This document shows, piece after piece, positions 36,124-39,616 of a stretch of 39,616 bases of DNA. The DNA is from Campylobacterota bacterium (GTDB taxonomy: Bacteria > Campylobacterota > Campylobacteria > Campylobacterales > Sulfurimonadaceae). Made by a program: the position numbers and the translations under genes. The notes beneath the pieces are model-generated. The model searched no databases. It saw nothing but the letters and a program-made list of their open reading frames with translations, and was not told the DNA's origin. How positions within the stretch are numbered: position 1 is the stretch's first letter; each line of letters begins with the position of its first letter. The stretch spans positions 35,908-75,523 of the forward strand of contig JAYEMF010000106.1 in assembly GCA_034717975.1 (NCBI GenBank), written 5' to 3'.

Positions 36124-38138
36124 TATTGATCTCCACTTTTTGAAATAGTTGCTGCGGCATGATTGAAGTCGGGCTCCTTGGAGAGCGGGTCAAGCAGATC
36201 GTTGGTCAGATAGTTGACTTGGCGTTCTGTCACCGGAATAAAAATGGTTTTTTCACGGATATTGTCAGTCACTTTTGCCGGAAGCGTCACTCTGCCGCGC
36301 AGTGTAGAGACCTCGACATGCTCGCCGTCTTGAATATGGAGTGAAGCGGCATCACTGCTGTTGATCTCGACGAAGCTGTCAGGTTTATGTTTTTTCAGTT
36401 TTTCTATCAGACCGGTTTTTGTACCGGAGTGCCACTGGTCTCTGATTCGTCCGGTCAAAAGTATAAAAGGAAAGTGTGGCGATCTCTGCTCCGACTCGTT
36501 TTTACTCTCTACCATATGGAGGTTTGCCTTGCCGTTGGCCGTTAAAAACCGGTTTTCGCCAAAGAGGTTTTCACCCCAGACATAAGGTTCTGTTTTAAGC
36601 CTCTGCTGATCGACACGGTAAATATCAAGATGTGCCTCCTTGCTCAACTTCGTCATCGCTTTGAACTCTTCAAAGATCTCAGCAGCGTTTTTGTAAGCAA
36701 ATGCCTCTTGAAATCCGAGCTTACGGCCTATCATCGAAAAGATCTCCCAGTCTGGTTTTGCCTCTCCTGATGTTTCGACGAGTTTCTCCTGACGGGTAAT
36801 CGTGCGATCCATATTGGTCTGTATTCCCTCTTTCTCACCCCATGGTGCTGCCGGCAGTCGTAAATGGGAAAATGGTTTTGTCTCGCTGTCGTCATAAGCG
36901 TTTATCTCTATGATAAAGGGGATTTTTTTGAATGCCGCTTCAACCCTGTTTCGATTCGGCAAATGGTAGATGGGATCGGTATGGGAGATGATCAACAGAT
37001 CCAGCTCTCCGCGTTCAGCCGCTTCGACCATTTCGAAGGCGCTCAGGCCTGCTCTGTTGTCAATGTTCTCTGTTCCCCAAAAGTCGGATACTTTGGCAAT
37101 CGACGCTTCGTCAAAATCCAGATGTACGGCAAGCATCGTCGATAATCCGCCAACTTCACGTCCACCCATGGCATTGGGCTGACCCGTCAAAGAGAAGGGA
37201 CCGTTGCCGGCTTTGTTGATCTTGCCGCTGATCAGATGCATATTGATGATGGAGAGATTTTTTTCTACTCCCTGAACACTTTGGTTGATTCCCATCGTCC
37301 AGGCCGTGATAATATTTTCACTGGAACCAAAAAGTGTCATAAACGCCTCAAACTTCTCAGGGGCAATGCCGCAACGAGTCAGGAGTTCTGATGCAGGCAG
37401 TTTGCCGATCGCTTCTGCGTATCTCTCATAACCGTTGACATGCGCATCGATGTAGTCCAGATCAGCCATGCCCTCCTGGATCAGATGCCCGGCAACCAGA
37501 TTGAAAAAATCGATGTCGCTGCCGGGACGGATCGGAAGATACAGGTCGGCATACTCAGCCGTCATCGTCTCCCTCGGATCGATGACTACCACCTTCAAGC
37601 CCTTTTTTTTGGCTTTTTTGATCTTGTTGGAGAGGACTACGTGCGCTTCGGCGGCATTGGAACCGACGAGGATCAACAGGTTGCAATGCTCTATGTCGTC
37701 CATTCGTACCGGGACGTAGTCGGCACCAAAAGCTTTTTTATGGGCAACAACGGCACTGGACATGCACATGCGGGAGTTGGTGTCAACATTGTTGGTACCG
37801 ATGAACCCTTTTCCCAGCTTATTTGCCACATAGTAGTCTTCACTCAGTAACTGCCCGGACAGATAGAGCCCGACACGATCAGCCGTTGTAGCAGTGATCT
37901 TTTCAGCAATCATATCTATTGCCGTTGACCACTCGATTGCACTGAAATCATCATGGAGAGTGAGGCGTGATTGGGAATGCAAAAGACGTGCATCGGTATT
38001 GACAGAGCTTAGAGAGCTTGCACCTTTTGCACAGAGAAGCCCCTTGCTAACGGGATAGGTACGGTCACCTTTTAATGTGCCGTTATGTATTTCAATACCG
38101 CAGCCCACCCCGCAATAACCACATACACTCTTCATCAT
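36123..38138 (-). CDS. narB: Assimilatory nitrate reductase, molybdopterin catalytic subunit (NarB/NasA-type)
   Basis: SVCGYCGVGCG, LCAKG, SGQLLSEDYY, NNVDTNSRMCMSSA, GPFSLTGQPNAMGGRE, TGRIRDQWH; start at 38138 behind an AAAGG RBS; no C-terminal BFD domains. Confidence 0.88.
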   Translation of the reverse strand: MMKSVCGYCGVGCGIEIHNGTLKGDRTYPVSKGLLCAKGASSLSSVNTDARLLHSQSRLTLHDDFSAIEWSTAIDMIAEKITATTADRVGLYLSGQLLSEDYYVANKLGKGFIGTNNVDTNSRMCMSSAVVAHKKAFGADYVPVRMDDIEHCNLLILVGSNAAEAHVVLSNKIKKAKKKGLKVVVIDPRETMTAEYADLYLPIRPGSDIDFFNLVAGHLIQEGMADLDYIDAHVNGYERYAEAIGKLPASELLTRCGIAPEKFEAFMTLFGSSENIITAWTMGINQSVQGVEKNLSIINMHLISGKINKAGNGPFSLTGQPNAMGGREVGGLSTMLAVHLDFDEASIAKVSDFWGTENIDNRAGLSAFEMVEAAERGELDLLIISHTDPIYHLPNRNRVEAAFKKIPFIIEINAYDDSETKPFSHLRLPAAPWGEKEGIQTNMDRTITRQEKLVETSGEAKPDWEIFSMIGRKLGFQEAFAYKNAAEIFEEFKAMTKLSKEAHLDIYRVDQQRLKTEPYVWGENLFGENRFLTANGKANLHMVESKNESEQRSPHFPFILLTGRIRDQWHSGTKTGLIEKLKKHKPDSFVEINSSDAASLHIQDGEHVEVSTLRGRVTLPAKVTDNIREKTIFIPVTERQVNYLTNDLLDPLSKEPDFNHAAATISKSGDQ

Positions 38139-38290
38139 AAATGCCTTTCTATTAAAAAACGTATACAAAATTATAAGGCAGTATGAGAAAAAATAATCCA
38201 TCTTGCTGTATAAATATTAATCAACTTATGATTATAAAACAGTCTATTCTCTATTATAATTCGTGGTATCAATACTATCAGGAGAGACAA
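38139..38290. promoter_or_regulatory. Divergent promoter region between narB and the nitrate transporter
   Basis: AT-rich; TATAAT on the + strand at 38255-38260 and on the - strand at 38170-38175. Confidence 0.5.
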
Positions 38291-39571
38291 ATGGCAGGTT
38301 TTAAAGCGTTAAAAGGAGAGGGACACTGGCCGACACTGCTCGCAGCATTCCTCTACTTTGATTTTTCATTTATGGTGTGGACGATGCTCGGACCGCTTTC
38401 AACAGAGATTGCGGAGGCATTGGCTACAACAGGTTTTATTATGAGTGCGGGTCAGAAAGCGACTTTGCTTTCACTCCCGATCCTCTCCGGTGCCCTACTG
38501 CGTATCGTACTTGGTTTCGGTGTAGACAGATTTGGTGCCAAAAAGACTGCTCTGGTTTCACAGGCGATTGTTATTACCGCGCTCTTCTTTGCTTATCTGC
38601 AAGCAGACGTGATTACCTATAATCAACTGCTGATCGTAGCATTTGGCCTCGGTTTTGCCGGGGCATCGTTTGCGGTTGCCCTGCCGCAGGCCGGTCAATG
38701 GTATCCTCCCAAGCTGCAGGGAGTGGTGCTTGGTATTGCCGGTGCCGGTAATATCGGTGTGGTGATCGACTTTTTGTTTGCACCGAAAATCGCAGAACTC
38801 TGGGGTTGGGACTCGGTATTCCTGGTGGGTGCTGTCCTTTCGTCTATTATTTTTGTAACCTATATGTTTATGGCCAAAGATGCTCCGGCAGATGTTTATA
38901 AGCCAAATCCCAAGAAGCTCTCCGATTACGGTAAGCTTTTGAAAGACAGAGATACGTGGTGGTTTAACCTCTTCTATGCGGTGTCATTCGGTGGTTTCGT
39001 CGGATTTGCCGGCTATATGAAAGTCTACCTGATGAACACCTACCAGCCTGAGATGAGTGCACTTGGACTGGATTGGCTGGCAGAAGAGAATGTCAAGGTT
39101 ATGGCGGGTTATTTCGGTGCGCTATGTATCTTTGCCGGTGCGATACTCCGTCCGGTCGGTGGTGCGATTGCCGATAGTATGGGCGGTATCAAATCACTCT
39201 ATATCTTTTACGGTACAGTGGCTGCACTGGCCATTGTCAATGCGTTGATCCCGCTTCCATTCTGGGCGGCTATCCTTGTGCTTTTCATGATCATGGCCAG
39301 CCTCGGTATGGCCAATGGTGCGGTTTTCCAGCTGGTACCGCAGCGTTTTGGAAAAGATATCGGTATCATGACGGGTATCATCGGTGCAGCCGGCGGTCTT
39401 GGCGGAACGGCACTGATCAAGACACTGGGTTGGTCAAAAGGTGCCTTTGATGGCTACTCGACAGGATTCCTGATCTTCGCTGCGGTCGTTCTTGTAGCGA
39501 TCTCCGGTATCTCACTGGTAAAAACACGCTGGAGAACAACCTGGGGTGTAGTGGCCGGCGGGAAGATTTAG
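38291..39571 (+). CDS. MFS nitrate/nitrite transporter (NarK/NNP family)
   Basis: GHWPTLLAAFLYFDFSFMVW, GASFAVALP, GIAGAGNIG, FGGFVG, RPVGGAIAD, GMANGAVFQLVP nitrate-signature motifs; GGAG RBS. Confidence 0.9.
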   Translation: MAGFKALKGEGHWPTLLAAFLYFDFSFMVWTMLGPLSTEIAEALATTGFIMSAGQKATLLSLPILSGALLRIVLGFGVDRFGAKKTALVSQAIVITALFFAYLQADVITYNQLLIVAFGLGFAGASFAVALPQAGQWYPPKLQGVVLGIAGAGNIGVVIDFLFAPKIAELWGWDSVFLVGAVLSSIIFVTYMFMAKDAPADVYKPNPKKLSDYGKLLKDRDTWWFNLFYAVSFGGFVGFAGYMKVYLMNTYQPEMSALGLDWLAEENVKVMAGYFGALCIFAGAILRPVGGAIADSMGGIKSLYIFYGTVAALAIVNALIPLPFWAAILVLFMIMASLGMANGAVFQLVPQRFGKDIGIMTGIIGAAGGLGGTALIKTLGWSKGAFDGYSTGFLIFAAVVLVAISGISLVKTRWRTTWGVVAGGKI

Positions 39572-39616
39572 AGTGCCGTTGGCACAGTAGAGGAAGAGCA
39601 GGGGAAGAGGAAAGAG

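Noticed and set aside
38139..38290. N-terminal extensions of narB and the transporter given by the ORF track (starts 38201 and 38183)
   Set aside because: They would overlap each other across the divergent promoter; RBS-supported starts are 38138 and 38291.

Overview
This window looks like Campylobacterota (Sulfurovum/Sulfurimonas-like) chromosome; the taxonomy is inferred from gene content, gene order and sequence style. It is centred on a large hydrogen-metabolism locus: a six-subunit Ech-type (group 4) membrane [NiFe]-hydrogenase operon, an AT-rich diguanylate cyclase, and an unusual group-1-type [NiFe]-hydrogenase. The small subunit of that enzyme is fused behind a NirB/NasB-like FAD/NAD(P)H oxidoreductase plus a BFD-like [2Fe-2S] domain. 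It keeps an internal, inactivated relic of the Tat signal peptide, has a Cys-to-Asn change at the proximal cluster, lacks the membrane anchor and has no cytochrome b gene, so it looks like a periplasmic uptake hydrogenase rewired into a soluble H2:NAD(P) enzyme. The maturation genes follow (hydD, hypF, an unannotated 58-aa His-rich membrane peptide, hypBCD, hypEA). They are interrupted between hypD and hypE by an AT-rich islet (truncated ORF6N, MmeI-like type IIL R-M, RhuM) preceded by a diverged duplicate of the hypD 3' end. The left flank carries a KamA-family radical SAM gene, a MerR regulator, mqnA, a hybrid-kinase relic and a TtrS-like orphan kinase with an apparent pre-H-box deletion. 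The right flank carries ppsA, NAD-glutamate dehydrogenase and an assimilatory nitrate/nitrite module. No database searches were run; family calls rest on motif recognition.
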